A stretch of DNA of 64,000 nt from NCBI GenBank assembly GCA_029263075.1, contig JAJCYE010000019.1:10454-74453 (forward strand), written 5' to 3'. This DNA comes from Actinomycetes bacterium. Lineage in GTDB: Bacteria > Actinomycetota > CADDZG01 > JAHWKV01. Positions 48,279 to 60,209 of this stretch are shown one piece after another. A model generated the notes under the pieces. That model ran no database searches, had not been told where the DNA came from, and saw only the letters and a program-made list of their open reading frames with translations. The first letter of the stretch is position 1. Each line of letters starts with the position of its first letter. Made by a program: the position numbers and the translations under genes.

Positions 48279-49135
48279 TGCAGTACACGATCGGGAAGGT
48301 TCTCGACGCCGCCACCCTCGATCTTCAGCGCCGTTGCCCGACCGGTGCCCGCAACGAGGCGGAGATCCTGGTGGGACACGTTTTGGGTATCAGGCGAGCC
48401 GACCTGTACGCCGGCATCGACGAGCCGGTGGCGGCCACCCAGGTGGCACGGTTGGACCAGATGGTGGCCGCTCGCTGCTCCGGCCGGCCCCTGCAGTACA
48501 TCACCGGCGTCCAGGGTTTCCGGGGACTGACGCTGAAGGTTGGACCGGGGGTCCTGGTGCCCCGCCCGGAGACCGAGATGTTGGTGCAGCGGTGCCTGGA
48601 GATCCTTGAGGGATCCGACGGACCGCTGGTTTTGGACATCGGCACCGGTTCGGGCGCAATCGCCCTGTCTCTGGCCACGGAGCGACCCGATTGCCGCGTC
48701 CGGGCTACCGAGATCAGCGAAGATGCCTTCAGGTGGGCGGGCACAAACCTTCGGGAGTCGGGCTTGACCAATGTCGAGCTGCACTTCGGGGATCTTTTTT
48801 CGCCGCTCCCCAGACTTGAGAAGGGAAAGTTCGATTTGGTCGTTTCCAACCCCCCGTACCTGTCTCAGGACGTTTGGATGAACGCACCCGCCGAGGTGCG
48901 GGAGCATGAACCGCAGTTGGCGCTGCTGGCGGGCGACGAGGGGATGCGGACCTGCGTCAAGATCATTGATGAGGGCGCCGGTTGGTTGGCGTCCGGCGGT
49001 CACCTGGTTATGGAGACCGCGGGCCTTGAGCAGTGGGAGAATTTGAGCATGTGGTTCGGTAAACAGTTCGAAGATGTCCGGATTACCGACGATCTGGCCG
49101 GCAGGCCTCGTTTTGTTGAGGGGAGGAAGCCATAG
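48278..49135 (+). CDS. prmC: Release-factor glutamine N5-methyltransferase PrmC/HemK
   Basis: NPPY motif (VVSNPPYL), SAM-binding GTGSGAIAL. The ATG overlaps the prfA stop. Confidence 0.85.
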   Translation: MQYTIGKVLDAATLDLQRRCPTGARNEAEILVGHVLGIRRADLYAGIDEPVAATQVARLDQMVAARCSGRPLQYITGVQGFRGLTLKVGPGVLVPRPETEMLVQRCLEILEGSDGPLVLDIGTGSGAIALSLATERPDCRVRATEISEDAFRWAGTNLRESGLTNVELHFGDLFSPLPRLEKGKFDLVVSNPPYLSQDVWMNAPAEVREHEPQLALLAGDEGMRTCVKIIDEGAGWLASGGHLVMETAGLEQWENLSMWFGKQFEDVRITDDLAGRPRFVEGRKP

Positions 49136-49185
49136 CCACCATCCTGTCTGCCCGGTCGCGCACCGCCCTGTACAAGACCGCCAAG

Positions 49186-49695
49186 GTGCTCGAGGAGGGG
49201 GGAGTGGTGGTCATCCCCACCGACACCGTCTACGGAGTAGCGGCTCGCTTGGACCGGCCGAAAGCCATCGATAAAATTTTCAAGTTGAAGGGCCGGGCGC
49301 GCTCTAAGCCCCTGCCCATCCTGGTCCCCGACATTAAAACCGCACGCCTGCTCGGCGAGTTCGATAAAGAGGCGCTCGAGATGGCCATGCGCAGTTGGCC
49401 CGGCCCGGTGACCATTGTGGTCAGGACCACCGAGGACGTCCCCGACATCGGGGGCGACGGGACGACGGTCGGCCTTAGGATCCCGAACCACCCGTTTACC
49501 CTGGAACTGCTGCGCGATTGTGGGCCGATGGTTGCCACCAGCGCCAACCCAAGCGGCAACCCGACCGCAGCCGTCCTACAGGAGGTGCTGCTGGATTTGG
49601 GCACTGGTCCGGGTATTTACGTCGACGGTGGGATGCTCAGTTCGCCGCCTTCCAAGGTGATCTCCATGCTCGGGGAACCCCGGATCCTGCGCTAG
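49186..49695 (+). CDS. tsaC: L-threonylcarbamoyladenylate synthase (TsaC/YrdC-domain)
   Basis: VVIPTDTVYGVAA ... K..P..K.ARSKPLPILV ... ATSANPSG. The N-terminus looks short; the true start may be non-canonical or further upstream. Confidence 0.7.
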   Translation: MLEEGGVVVIPTDTVYGVAARLDRPKAIDKIFKLKGRARSKPLPILVPDIKTARLLGEFDKEALEMAMRSWPGPVTIVVRTTEDVPDIGGDGTTVGLRIPNHPFTLELLRDCGPMVATSANPSGNPTAAVLQEVLLDLGTGPGIYVDGGMLSSPPSKVISMLGEPRILR

Positions 49696-49767
49696 TTGAC
49701 CGCTCCGGTCGGCCCCCGGGACGACACCCGGTCCGGCGATCCGGGAAAAGATTGTAGAGTTACCCCC

Positions 49768-50229
49768 GTGAAAATAGCGATCGCATCCGACCACGCGGGG
49801 TATGCCCTGAAGTCCGCCCTGGTCGAGTACCTAACCGGTCAGGGCCACGAGATCATCGACTGCGGCACGGACTCCGAGGTTTCCGTCGATTACCCGAAGT
49901 TCTGCGCCGCCGCCGCCCGGGCCGTTGTCCGTGGAGAGGCGGAGCGGGGAATTGTTTTAGGAGGCAGCGGCCAAGGTGAACAGCTGGCGGCCAACAAGGT
50001 CCACGGGGCCCGGGCCGCTCTGTGCAACGAACTGTGGACCGCCAGGATGTGCCGGCTCCACAACGACGCCAACCTGCTGGCAATGGGGGCCCGGATAGTG
50101 ACGACCCACATGGCCTACGAAATAGCGGATCTGTTCCTGGCCACTGAATTCGAGGGTGGCCGGCACCAGCCGAGGGTGGACCAGATCCATCAGATCGAGA
50201 TTGAGGAGTGCGAGGGGCGGTCTCGCTAG
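49768..50229 (+). CDS. rpiB: Ribose-5-phosphate isomerase B
   Basis: VKIAIASDHAGYALKSALVEYLTGQGHEIIDCG...ARIVT. The GTG start is codon 25 of the track ORF. Confidence 0.8.
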   Translation: MKIAIASDHAGYALKSALVEYLTGQGHEIIDCGTDSEVSVDYPKFCAAAARAVVRGEAERGIVLGGSGQGEQLAANKVHGARAALCNELWTARMCRLHNDANLLAMGARIVTTHMAYEIADLFLATEFEGGRHQPRVDQIHQIEIEECEGRSR

Positions 50230-50270
50230 CCCCGGGCGCCTAAGCTGATTTCAGCGGGCTCTCGCCCGGG

Positions 50271-51569
50271 TCAGGCGATGGTTCCGGGAGCCGGGAAGCT
50301 CCGGCAGAAGTCCGTAATTTCAGCGGACACCTTCTTGGCCAGGTCGTCGTCCTCGGGGGCCGAGACAATCTGGTCCATCCACTCCGCGATCCGCGCCATC
50401 TCCGGTTCCTTCATGCCGCGGGTTGTCACTGAAGGGGTGCCGAGGCGGATGCCCGACGGGTCGAACGGTTTGCGTGGGTCGAAGGGGACCGTGTTGTAGT
50501 TGAGTTCGATCCCCGCCCGGTCCAGCGCCTTGGCGGCAGGTTTGCCGAAGACGCCTTTGTTGGTGAGGTCGATCAGGATCAGGTGGTTGTCCGTGCCGCC
50601 GGAAACCAGGTCGAACCCACGATCGATCAGGGCAGCCGCCAGCGCTTTGGCGTTGGCAACAATCTGGTGGGCGTAGTCCTTGAATGCCGGCTGCGACGCT
50701 TCCTTTAGGGCCACCGCGATCGCCGCAGTGGTGTGGTTGTGCGGCCCGCCCTGAAGCCCGGGGAATACTGCAAAGTTGATGGCCTTGGCGTGTTCGGTCC
50801 GGCACATGGCCATGGCGCCCCTCGGCCCACGCAACGTTTTGTGGGTGGTGGTGGTCACCACGTCGGCATAGGGGACCGGGGAGGGGTGGGCTCCACCCGC
50901 CACCAGGCCGGCGATGTGGGCAATATCGGCCGCGAAGACCGCGCCGACCTCTTTGGCCACCTCGGCGAAGATCGAAAAGTCGATCTGGCGGGGGATTGCC
51001 GTGCCGCCGGCCCAGATCAGCTTCGGTTTTTCCTTGATGGCCAGGTCCCGCATCTGGTCGTAGTCGATGAGGTGGTCGTCCTTGCGAACCCCGTACTGCA
51101 CGGCTCGGAACCACCGGCCGGTGGCCGAAACGCTCCAGCCGTGGGTCAGGTGACCCCCGGACGGCAGCGCCATTCCCATGACGGTGTCGCCCGGCTGAAG
51201 GAACGCCAGATAGACCGCCAGGTTGCATGGTGAGCCGGAATAGGGCTGTACGTTGGCGTGCTCGGCGCCGAAGAGATCTTTGGCCCGTTGGATGGCCAGA
51301 TCTTCAATGGGGTCAATGAACTGCTGGCCTTCGTAGTAGCGCTTGCGCGGGTAGCCCTCTGAGTACTTGTTGGTGAGAAGAGACCCGGTAGCCGCTAGGA
51401 CTGCTTCAGAGACGTAGTTTTCGGAGGCGATCAGGCGGATCGACTGGGCTTGGCGCTTCTGCTCCCCGTTTATCAGTCCTGCGATGTCCGGATCTGTCGT
51501 TTCGAGGGCTGCCCAGTACTTGTCCATGTCCTGAACCGTAAGGCTGCGCATTGGAACGGTCAAATGCAT
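50271..51569 (-). CDS. glyA: Serine hydroxymethyltransferase
   Basis: 432 aa; the PLP-lysine region TTTTHKTLRGPRG is an exact family motif. Confidence 0.92.
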   Translation of the reverse strand: MHLTVPMRSLTVQDMDKYWAALETTDPDIAGLINGEQKRQAQSIRLIASENYVSEAVLAATGSLLTNKYSEGYPRKRYYEGQQFIDPIEDLAIQRAKDLFGAEHANVQPYSGSPCNLAVYLAFLQPGDTVMGMALPSGGHLTHGWSVSATGRWFRAVQYGVRKDDHLIDYDQMRDLAIKEKPKLIWAGGTAIPRQIDFSIFAEVAKEVGAVFAADIAHIAGLVAGGAHPSPVPYADVVTTTTHKTLRGPRGAMAMCRTEHAKAINFAVFPGLQGGPHNHTTAAIAVALKEASQPAFKDYAHQIVANAKALAAALIDRGFDLVSGGTDNHLILIDLTNKGVFGKPAAKALDRAGIELNYNTVPFDPRKPFDPSGIRLGTPSVTTRGMKEPEMARIAEWMDQIVSAPEDDDLAKKVSAEITDFCRSFPAPGTIA

Positions 51570-51606
51570 CGGAGGTGGGCGCCCGGCGGCAGTCTAGAAT
51601 GGCGCA

Positions 51607-52722
51607 GTGACCCGCTATCTGATGGTCCTGGTTGTTGCCGCCTTCGTTACGTATGTTTCCACCCCTGCAGTCCTCAAGTTCAGCAGGCGGGTGGGCGCCG
51701 TGGACGTGCCCAACGATCGTAAGGTCCACGCCGTGCCGACCCCGACGCTGGGCGGCATCGCCATGTTCATCGGCTTCATCGTCTCCTTGGCATTTGCGTC
51801 CTTACAGGGGCCTTTTAAAGGATCCTTCCGGCCGCTGTTCGTCTGGCCGGCGCCGGAATTGTTCGCAATTATCGTCGGGGCCGGGATCATCTTTGCCCTG
51901 GGGGTCTTCGATGATCTGAGGGGCCTGGGTGCTCCCATGAAGCTGGCGGGCCAGTTGCTGGCGGCGGGTTTTGTATTCCTTTCCGGGGTTCGGCTGGAGT
52001 ACTTCCGGGTTCCTTTTCGCGGCGTGGGCGCCCTTTCTATGTCGGCCGACATATCCGCTCTGGCCACGATCGCCTGGATCGTCCTGATCGTGAACGCCGT
52101 GAACCTGATGGATGGATTGGACGGACTGGCCGCGGGGGTGACCGCCATAGCCGCGGGCACATTTTTTATCTACACCTACCAGCTTCAGGTCCAGGGACTC
52201 GCGGGTCCCGAGCCGACCGCCGCGCTGATCTCGGCGGTCATTGTTGGCGTGACCATCGGGTTCCTGCGCTTCAACTTCAACCCGGCCCGGATCTTTATGG
52301 GGGACTCCGGGAGTATGGTGCTCGGGTTCTTGTTGGCCACCTCAACGGTGGCGGGCGTGGGCCGGTCCGCCACCCAGAACCAATCGGACATCTCGGCTGC
52401 TTTCCTGTTTTACCTGCCGCTGGCCATCCCGTTGATCGTGTTGGCCATCCCCCTTTTGGACACCGTCCTTGCCATCTTCCGCCGGGCCCGCAAGGGGCTT
52501 CCGGTCTTCCATCCGGATAAGGAGCATCTGCATCACCGGTTGCTGGAGATCGGGCACGGCCACAAGCAGGCCGTCCTGATCATGTACGCATGGACGGCCG
52601 TGATAGCGGGAATGACGCTGGCGTTGTCGTTCGCCCCGGTCTATATGCTCCCGTTCGCCGCGGCGGGCCTGTGGATGGTTCTGTACACCGCCCTCCCCAA
52701 GTTGAGCGGAAAGTCCCTTTGA
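51607..52722 (+). CDS. wecA: UDP-GlcNAc:undecaprenyl-phosphate GlcNAc-1-phosphate transferase (WecA/Rfe, MraY-family)
   Basis: 371 aa, 10-11 TM helices, VNAVNLMDGLDGLAAG and FMGDSGS motifs. Synteny before the atp operon is as in mycobacteria (rfe). Confidence 0.8.
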   Translation: MTRYLMVLVVAAFVTYVSTPAVLKFSRRVGAVDVPNDRKVHAVPTPTLGGIAMFIGFIVSLAFASLQGPFKGSFRPLFVWPAPELFAIIVGAGIIFALGVFDDLRGLGAPMKLAGQLLAAGFVFLSGVRLEYFRVPFRGVGALSMSADISALATIAWIVLIVNAVNLMDGLDGLAAGVTAIAAGTFFIYTYQLQVQGLAGPEPTAALISAVIVGVTIGFLRFNFNPARIFMGDSGSMVLGFLLATSTVAGVGRSATQNQSDISAAFLFYLPLAIPLIVLAIPLLDTVLAIFRRARKGLPVFHPDKEHLHHRLLEIGHGHKQAVLIMYAWTAVIAGMTLALSFAPVYMLPFAAAGLWMVLYTALPKLSGKSL

Positions 52723-52921
52723 GCGACGCTGCCCCCGGTTTGACAGGTAGCTTGAGCGGCCCAGCCGCAGGCTTGACGGGGGAGTCCGGGGGCGGAGCCC
52801 CCGGATGCCATTTGCCCGTTACTTCAATTCCCGACTACTATGTGGGCGGTTCACGGTCGGGATTAGTTGTTCCCGCAATCGTGAGCGGCATTTCGCGCCT
52901 GGGAAAGGGTCGGACGACCTG

Positions 52922-53143
52922 ATGCCCGAAAACTCCAAGCCTCCGTTCACGTCGCACTACGGCAACGCAATGGGGCTTGCGGTCGAACTTGTCGCCACGA
53001 CCGCCGTGGGCGCCTTTCTTGGTTGGTTGATAGACGGCTGGTTGAACACGCGAGTGATCTTCCTTTTCGTCTTCGCTCTATTGGGCGGCGCAGCAGGAGT
53101 TTTGAGGCTTTACAGGACATATGGAACAGACAAAGTCGACTGA
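52922..53143 (+). CDS. AtpZ/AtpI-family small membrane protein preceding the ATP synthase operon
   Basis: 73 aa: MPENSKPPFTSHYGNAMGLAVELVATTAVGAFLGWLIDGWLNTRVIFLFVFALLGGAAGVLRLYRTYG. The start is Met40 of the track ORF. Confidence 0.5.
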   Translation: MPENSKPPFTSHYGNAMGLAVELVATTAVGAFLGWLIDGWLNTRVIFLFVFALLGGAAGVLRLYRTYGTDKVD

Positions 53144-53600
53144 GCAGGAAGTGGATGGCGCAGCCGTGGAGTCCGAGGCTGTGGCCGTTGAACTCGAGGC
53201 GCCTGTCCAAGAACCTGCATCGGCGACCGCACGGCGAGTTTTGCTCAAAGCTTTCACCATCGGCGTACTGGCGGCCATTGTCGGCCTGGGTGCCGGGGGT
53301 AGTTCTGCAGCCATCGGCGCGTTTGCCGGTTGCCTGGCGGCTGCTGTTTATGTAATCGGCTATGTTCGGTCGCACGTGTTCCGCAAGTTTGCAGACAGCA
53401 CCTTCGATCCGCAGGTCACAAGGAACGCAGCGCTTCGCCTGGCAGCCATTATCGGAGCCGGGGTGGCGCTGTACCTGACGCTGGGGAAGCCCGCTACCCG
53501 GGCCTACCTGCTTGCGCTTGCGGCGTGCTGGTTGATTCTCGTAGTGACAGAGGCACCCCGAGCACTCAAGCAATTGAGGGCCCGGGGAATCATCGGTTAG
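53121..53600 (+). CDS. atpI: ATP synthase protein I (AtpI-like, four TM helices)
   Basis: 159 aa hydrophobic protein immediately upstream of atpB. Confidence 0.55.
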   Translation: MEQTKSTEQEVDGAAVESEAVAVELEAPVQEPASATARRVLLKAFTIGVLAAIVGLGAGGSSAAIGAFAGCLAAAVYVIGYVRSHVFRKFADSTFDPQVTRNAALRLAAIIGAGVALYLTLGKPATRAYLLALAACWLILVVTEAPRALKQLRARGIIG

Positions 53601-53612
53601 GAGGAACCAGGG

Positions 53613-54425
53613 TTGGCGTTGTTCTTGGCAACAGAGGCAGTTGAGAAAGAGTCACCGTTTACCGAACTCACAGGGCACCTGACGCCGCACCACTACGGCT
53701 GGGCTCCCCATTGGGAGATTGGCGGGATTGACCTTTCTCCCACCAACGCAGTAGTCAACATTTGGCTGGCGTCGTTCCTCTGTCTGGCGATCTTTTGGAT
53801 GGCTGCCAAGAAGCGTTCTCTGGTCCCCAGCGGCGTTCAGAACGTCATTGAGGTCATGGTCGACTTTGTGAAGGTCAACATCGTCTACTCGGTGATGAAC
53901 AACAAGGACGGTAAGAAGTGGTTCCCGTTCATCGCAACCGTTTTCTTCTTTATCTTTTTCCTTAACTCGGTGGGACTCATCCCGTACATCGGCTTCACCG
54001 CCACCGCCAACATTTTTGTGACCGCCACGCTGGCTATCCTGGTTTACGTCCTGGCGATCACCATCGGCATGGCGAAGAACGGTGTGCTCAAGTTCTGGCT
54101 TAAGACGCTTGTCCCCCCGGGACTCCCGAAGGTCATGGTGCCGTTGATGTTCCTCATTGAGATCATCTCGCAGCTGGCCCGGCCGCTTTCGCTGGCTGTT
54201 CGACTTTTTGCCAACATGCTTGCCGACCACCTGATGCTGCTGGTTTTCGCCGGCTTCATCTTCCTGGCAGCAGGCACTGCAGTGATCTACGGCATCCTGC
54301 CGATCTCGCTGCTCTTCATGGTCATCTTTACCGGGTTTGCCTTGTTCGTTGCCTTCATTCAGGCCGTGATCTTCGCTTTCCTGACCACTATCTACATCAA
54401 TGACGCACTTCACCCGGGCCACTAA
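53613..54425 (+). CDS. atpB: F0F1 ATP synthase subunit a
   Basis: 270 aa; the conserved Arg region ISQLARPLSLAVRLFANMLADH. The TTG start has GGAGG 8 nt upstream. Confidence 0.9.
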   Translation: MALFLATEAVEKESPFTELTGHLTPHHYGWAPHWEIGGIDLSPTNAVVNIWLASFLCLAIFWMAAKKRSLVPSGVQNVIEVMVDFVKVNIVYSVMNNKDGKKWFPFIATVFFFIFFLNSVGLIPYIGFTATANIFVTATLAILVYVLAITIGMAKNGVLKFWLKTLVPPGLPKVMVPLMFLIEIISQLARPLSLAVRLFANMLADHLMLLVFAGFIFLAAGTAVIYGILPISLLFMVIFTGFALFVAFIQAVIFAFLTTIYINDALHPGH

Positions 54426-54464
54426 TCTCGCTACCGGCCCGGTAAAGATCGAAAGGAGAAGGGT

Positions 54465-54737
54465 TTGAGCATTACAGCACTGGCGCAGGAAGCTGCGACC
54501 GGTATGACGGACAAGGGTCTTCAGCAGCTCGGAGCCGGTCTGGCGATCGGTTTGGCAGCAGGTGGAGGCGCTACGGGTATCGGCATCCTGTGGTCCAAGG
54601 GTCTTGAGGGCATCGGCCGGCAGCCGGAAGCACGCAGCACGCTGCAGGGTCTGATGTTCGTCGGATTCGCACTTGCCGAGGCGCAGGTTCTCTACGGCCT
54701 GATCGTCGCACTGCTCCTTCTTCTGGGCATCTTCTAG
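54465..54737 (+). CDS. atpE: F0F1 ATP synthase subunit c
   Basis: 90 aa hairpin with the proton-binding Glu in FALAEAQVLYGLIVALLL. Confidence 0.9.
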   Translation: MSITALAQEAATGMTDKGLQQLGAGLAIGLAAGGGATGIGILWSKGLEGIGRQPEARSTLQGLMFVGFALAEAQVLYGLIVALLLLLGIF

Positions 54738-54748
54738 GAGGCCTGCAA

Positions 54749-55303
54749 ATGCATTTGGTACTACTAGCTACGGAAGCCGCTGAGGGCGAAGGGGGATTTA
54801 ACCCCTTCGAGCCTCAGTGGGGACTTGTTGTATGGACGACGGTGGCATTCCTCGTGGTGCTCTTCCTTCTCTCCAAAAAGGTTTTCCCGAAGCTTCAGGA
54901 AGGCCTGGCGGACCGGGAGCGCAAGATCGCAGACGAGATCAAAGCCGCCGAAGCCACCCGAAACGAAGCCGAAAAGATCCTTGCCGACTACAAGAGCAGG
55001 GTGGCAGCGGCCCGCGAGGAGACCACGCAGTTGGTCGAGGAAGCCCGTGGCCAGGCAGAGAAGGTCCGTCAGGATCTGATCTCCCGTGCCGAAGGTGATG
55101 CCCGACTGATCGTCGACAAGGCGCGAAGGCAGCTTGCCGGCGAAAGGGAGCGGATCCTCAACGAACTGGAGAGCCAGTTGACGGTGTGGTCCACCACCAT
55201 CGCCGGACAGATCGTCCAGCGTGAACTCAACGCGGACTCCCATCGGGACCTGGTCGACAGCTTCATCGCCGACATCCGCAAGAGCGAGGCGGCGAAGTCT
55301 TGA
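54749..55303 (+). CDS. atpF: F0F1 ATP synthase subunit b
   Basis: 184 aa, single N-terminal TM helix then a long charged helix. Confidence 0.85.
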   Translation: MHLVLLATEAAEGEGGFNPFEPQWGLVVWTTVAFLVVLFLLSKKVFPKLQEGLADRERKIADEIKAAEATRNEAEKILADYKSRVAAAREETTQLVEEARGQAEKVRQDLISRAEGDARLIVDKARRQLAGERERILNELESQLTVWSTTIAGQIVQRELNADSHRDLVDSFIADIRKSEAAKS

Positions 55304-55839
55304 GCGAGGCAAATGGAGTCAAGGGCTACGCCCGGGCGCTCTACGAGATCGCGCAGGCCGAAGGCGATGTCGCCCGGGTTTCGGATGAGCTGTTCCGGGT
55401 TGCCCGGGCAGTGGAGTCGCACACCGAACTTCGGCGGGCATTGACCGACATCGCCATTCCGTTTTCGGGCAAAGAGCAGCTTCTCCAGGAGTTGCTCGGC
55501 AAGCAGGCTTCGTCCCACACGCTGAATGCAATTCGTTTTGTGATCAGCCAGGGCAAGGCCCGCGAGTTGGTGGAGATCGCGGACGAGCTGTCGAACATCG
55601 CCGCGGTCGAATCCAACAAAGAGGTGGCCGAGGTTCGCTCGGCTGTTGCGCTCGACTCCGCTCAAAGGGAGGCGCTTGCGCAGGCCCTCAGGGCTGCAAC
55701 CGGGCGCAACGTCGAGGTAAAAGCGATTGTTGACCCGAGTGTCATCGGCGGCGTGCTGGCCAAGGTTGGGGACATCGTTATCGATGGCACCGTACGGGGC
55801 AAGCTGGCGCAGCTCAAGCAGCACCTCGGGGTGGACTAA
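55300..55839 (+). CDS. atpH: F0F1 ATP synthase subunit delta (OSCP); not fused to b
   Basis: 179 aa; C-terminus [26 protein letters not shown] is typical of delta. Confidence 0.85.
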   Translation: MSEANGVKGYARALYEIAQAEGDVARVSDELFRVARAVESHTELRRALTDIAIPFSGKEQLLQELLGKQASSHTLNAIRFVISQGKARELVEIADELSNIAAVESNKEVAEVRSAVALDSAQREALAQALRAATGRNVEVKAIVDPSVIGGVLAKVGDIVIDGTVRGKLAQLKQHLGVD

Positions 55840-55871
55840 CTCAAAGCAAGAACGTACGTAGAGGAGAACTG

Positions 55872-57512
55872 ATGCCCGATCTGACCATAGGACCGGATGA
55901 GGTAAAGGCTGCGCTCAACAACCTCTTCCAAAACTTCAAGCCCTCAACCACTCAGCAGGAAGTCGGACGAGTCATTGAGGCCGGCGACGGTATCGCACGC
56001 GTCGTCGGGCTTCCGAATGTCGTGGCCAACGAGATGCTGAAGTTCCCCGGGGACCTGATCGGCATCGCACTGAACCTTGAGCCCGAGCAGCTGGGTGTCG
56101 TCATCCTGGGCGACGCCAACGCAATCGAAGAGGGAATGCCGGTAACGCAGACCCACAACGTGCTCTCGATCCCGGTGGGCGACGCCTACCTCGGGCGTGC
56201 GGTCGACGCCCTGGGTAACCCCATCGACGGTCTGGGCCCGCTGGACAAGTCCAAGATCGACGGCACCAGAGAGCTGGAGTTGCAGGCGGCCTCGGTCATC
56301 AACCGCCAGCCGGTTACCGAGCCCCTTCAGACCGGTATCAAGGCCATCGACGCCATGATCCCCGTAGGCAGAGGGCAGCGAGAGCTCCTCATCGGGGACC
56401 GGCAGACCGGTAAAACCGCGGTGGCCATCGACACCATCGTCAACCAGAAGCAGTACTGGGGAACCGACAAGGCGGTCAAGTGCATCTACGTGGCCATCGG
56501 TCAGAAGAACTCCACAGTGGCCGAGGTCCTAAGCGGGCTAAAGGAAGCCGGCGCCATGGAGTACACCTGCGTGGTGAACGCTCCTGCTGCCGCTCCCGGC
56601 GCCTTCAAGTTCCTGGCGCCGTACTCCGGCTGTGCCATCGGCCAGCACTGGATGTACAAGGGTGAGCACGTCCTGATCGTGTACGACGACCTTTCCAAGC
56701 AGGCCGACGCCTACCGCCAGATCTCCCTACTGCTTCGCCGGCCCCCGGGCCGTGAGGCATACCCGGGCGACGTCTTCTACCTCCACTCCCGCCTGCTGGA
56801 GCGTTCGGCTCGTCTCTCCAAGGAGTTGGGCGGAGGTTCGTTGACGGCTCTGCCGGTCATCGAGACCAAAGAGGGAGACCTTTCGGCCTACATCCCTACC
56901 AACGTGATTTCGATTACCGACGGCCAGATCTTCTTCGAAGCCAACCTGTTCTACCAGGGCTTCCGTCCGGCCATCAACGTCGGTACGTCGGTCTCCCGGG
57001 TGGGGGGCGCAGCCCAGATCAAGGCGATCAAAAAGATTGCCGGTCCGCTGAAGATCGAGTTGGCTCAGTACCGAGAACTGGCGGCATTCGCCGGATTCGG
57101 TTCTGATCTGGACAAGGCCTCTCAGGCGCAGCTCAACCGTGGCGCTCGGCTGACCGAGCTCCTCAAGCAGGGCCAGTTCAGCCCGATGCCCGTCGAGGAG
57201 CAGTGTGTCTCGATCTACGCCGGTTCCAACAAGTACATGGACGATGTGCCCCTGACCGATCTGATCGAGTTCGACACGGGCCTTCGCGAGTACGTAGGAA
57301 CCAGGGCCCCGGAGATTTACGAACACATCCGGTCCAAGGGCGACTTCCCCGAAGAGATCGAGAAGGCGCTCCGCAAGGTGATCGAGGAGTTCAAGGCGAG
57401 CTTCAGTGCGGCCGAAGTGTCGGTGCCTGCGGCAAAACCCGCAGCGGCCAAGGCTGAGGCAGCTCCGCCGGCCGAGGCCGAGAACGCCGACGAGATGTCT
57501 GAGGAGGCGTAA
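55872..57512 (+). CDS. atpA: F0F1 ATP synthase subunit alpha, with about 35-aa Ala/Glu-rich C-terminal extension
   Basis: [10 protein letters not shown]-loop; the C-terminus ...[34 protein letters not shown] extends beyond the canonical alpha. Confidence 0.95.
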   Translation: MPDLTIGPDEVKAALNNLFQNFKPSTTQQEVGRVIEAGDGIARVVGLPNVVANEMLKFPGDLIGIALNLEPEQLGVVILGDANAIEEGMPVTQTHNVLSIPVGDAYLGRAVDALGNPIDGLGPLDKSKIDGTRELELQAASVINRQPVTEPLQTGIKAIDAMIPVGRGQRELLIGDRQTGKTAVAIDTIVNQKQYWGTDKAVKCIYVAIGQKNSTVAEVLSGLKEAGAMEYTCVVNAPAAAPGAFKFLAPYSGCAIGQHWMYKGEHVLIVYDDLSKQADAYRQISLLLRRPPGREAYPGDVFYLHSRLLERSARLSKELGGGSLTALPVIETKEGDLSAYIPTNVISITDGQIFFEANLFYQGFRPAINVGTSVSRVGGAAQIKAIKKIAGPLKIELAQYRELAAFAGFGSDLDKASQAQLNRGARLTELLKQGQFSPMPVEEQCVSIYAGSNKYMDDVPLTDLIEFDTGLREYVGTRAPEIYEHIRSKGDFPEEIEKALRKVIEEFKASFSAAEVSVPAAKPAAAKAEAAPPAEAENADEMSEEA

Positions 57513-57521
57513 GCACCCAAC

Positions 57522-59923
<2,402 letters not shown>

Positions 59924-59926
59924 GAC

Positions 59927-60190
59927 TTGACCACTCTGGAGGTCCAGCTGGTATCGGCGGAGGACGACCTTTACGTCGGCCCGGCGGAGTTCATATCCAC
60001 TCAGACCGTGGAGGGCTCCATCGGGATAATGCCGGGGCACACGCCGATTTTGGCGCAGCTCCCGGCCGGCGAAGTGAAGATTGTCTCCGGCGGGACCGAT
60101 CACAAATTCCAGATCGACGGTGGGTTCTTGACGGTTAAGGACAACAAGGTCATCATCCTGGCCGAGCCGGAAACGGGAGAGCCGGCCTGA
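59927..60190 (+). CDS. atpC: F0F1 ATP synthase subunit epsilon, short form (87 aa; beta-sandwich domain only)
   Basis: LTTLEVQLVSAEDDLYVGPAEFISTQTVEGSIGIMPGHTPILAQLPAGEVKIVSGG...ILAEPETGEPA, then a stop. murA begins 20 nt later, so there is no room for the usual C-terminal two-helix hairpin. Confidence 0.8.
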   Translation: MTTLEVQLVSAEDDLYVGPAEFISTQTVEGSIGIMPGHTPILAQLPAGEVKIVSGGTDHKFQIDGGFLTVKDNKVIILAEPETGEPA

Positions 60191-60209
60191 TCCTGGGTAC
60201 TACCGCCAA

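Noticed and set aside
52782-52800. GC hairpin CCGGGGGC-gga-GCCCCCGG downstream of wecA
   Set aside because: No U-tract follows. It may still act as a factor-dependent or I-shaped terminator, but the evidence is too weak to call.
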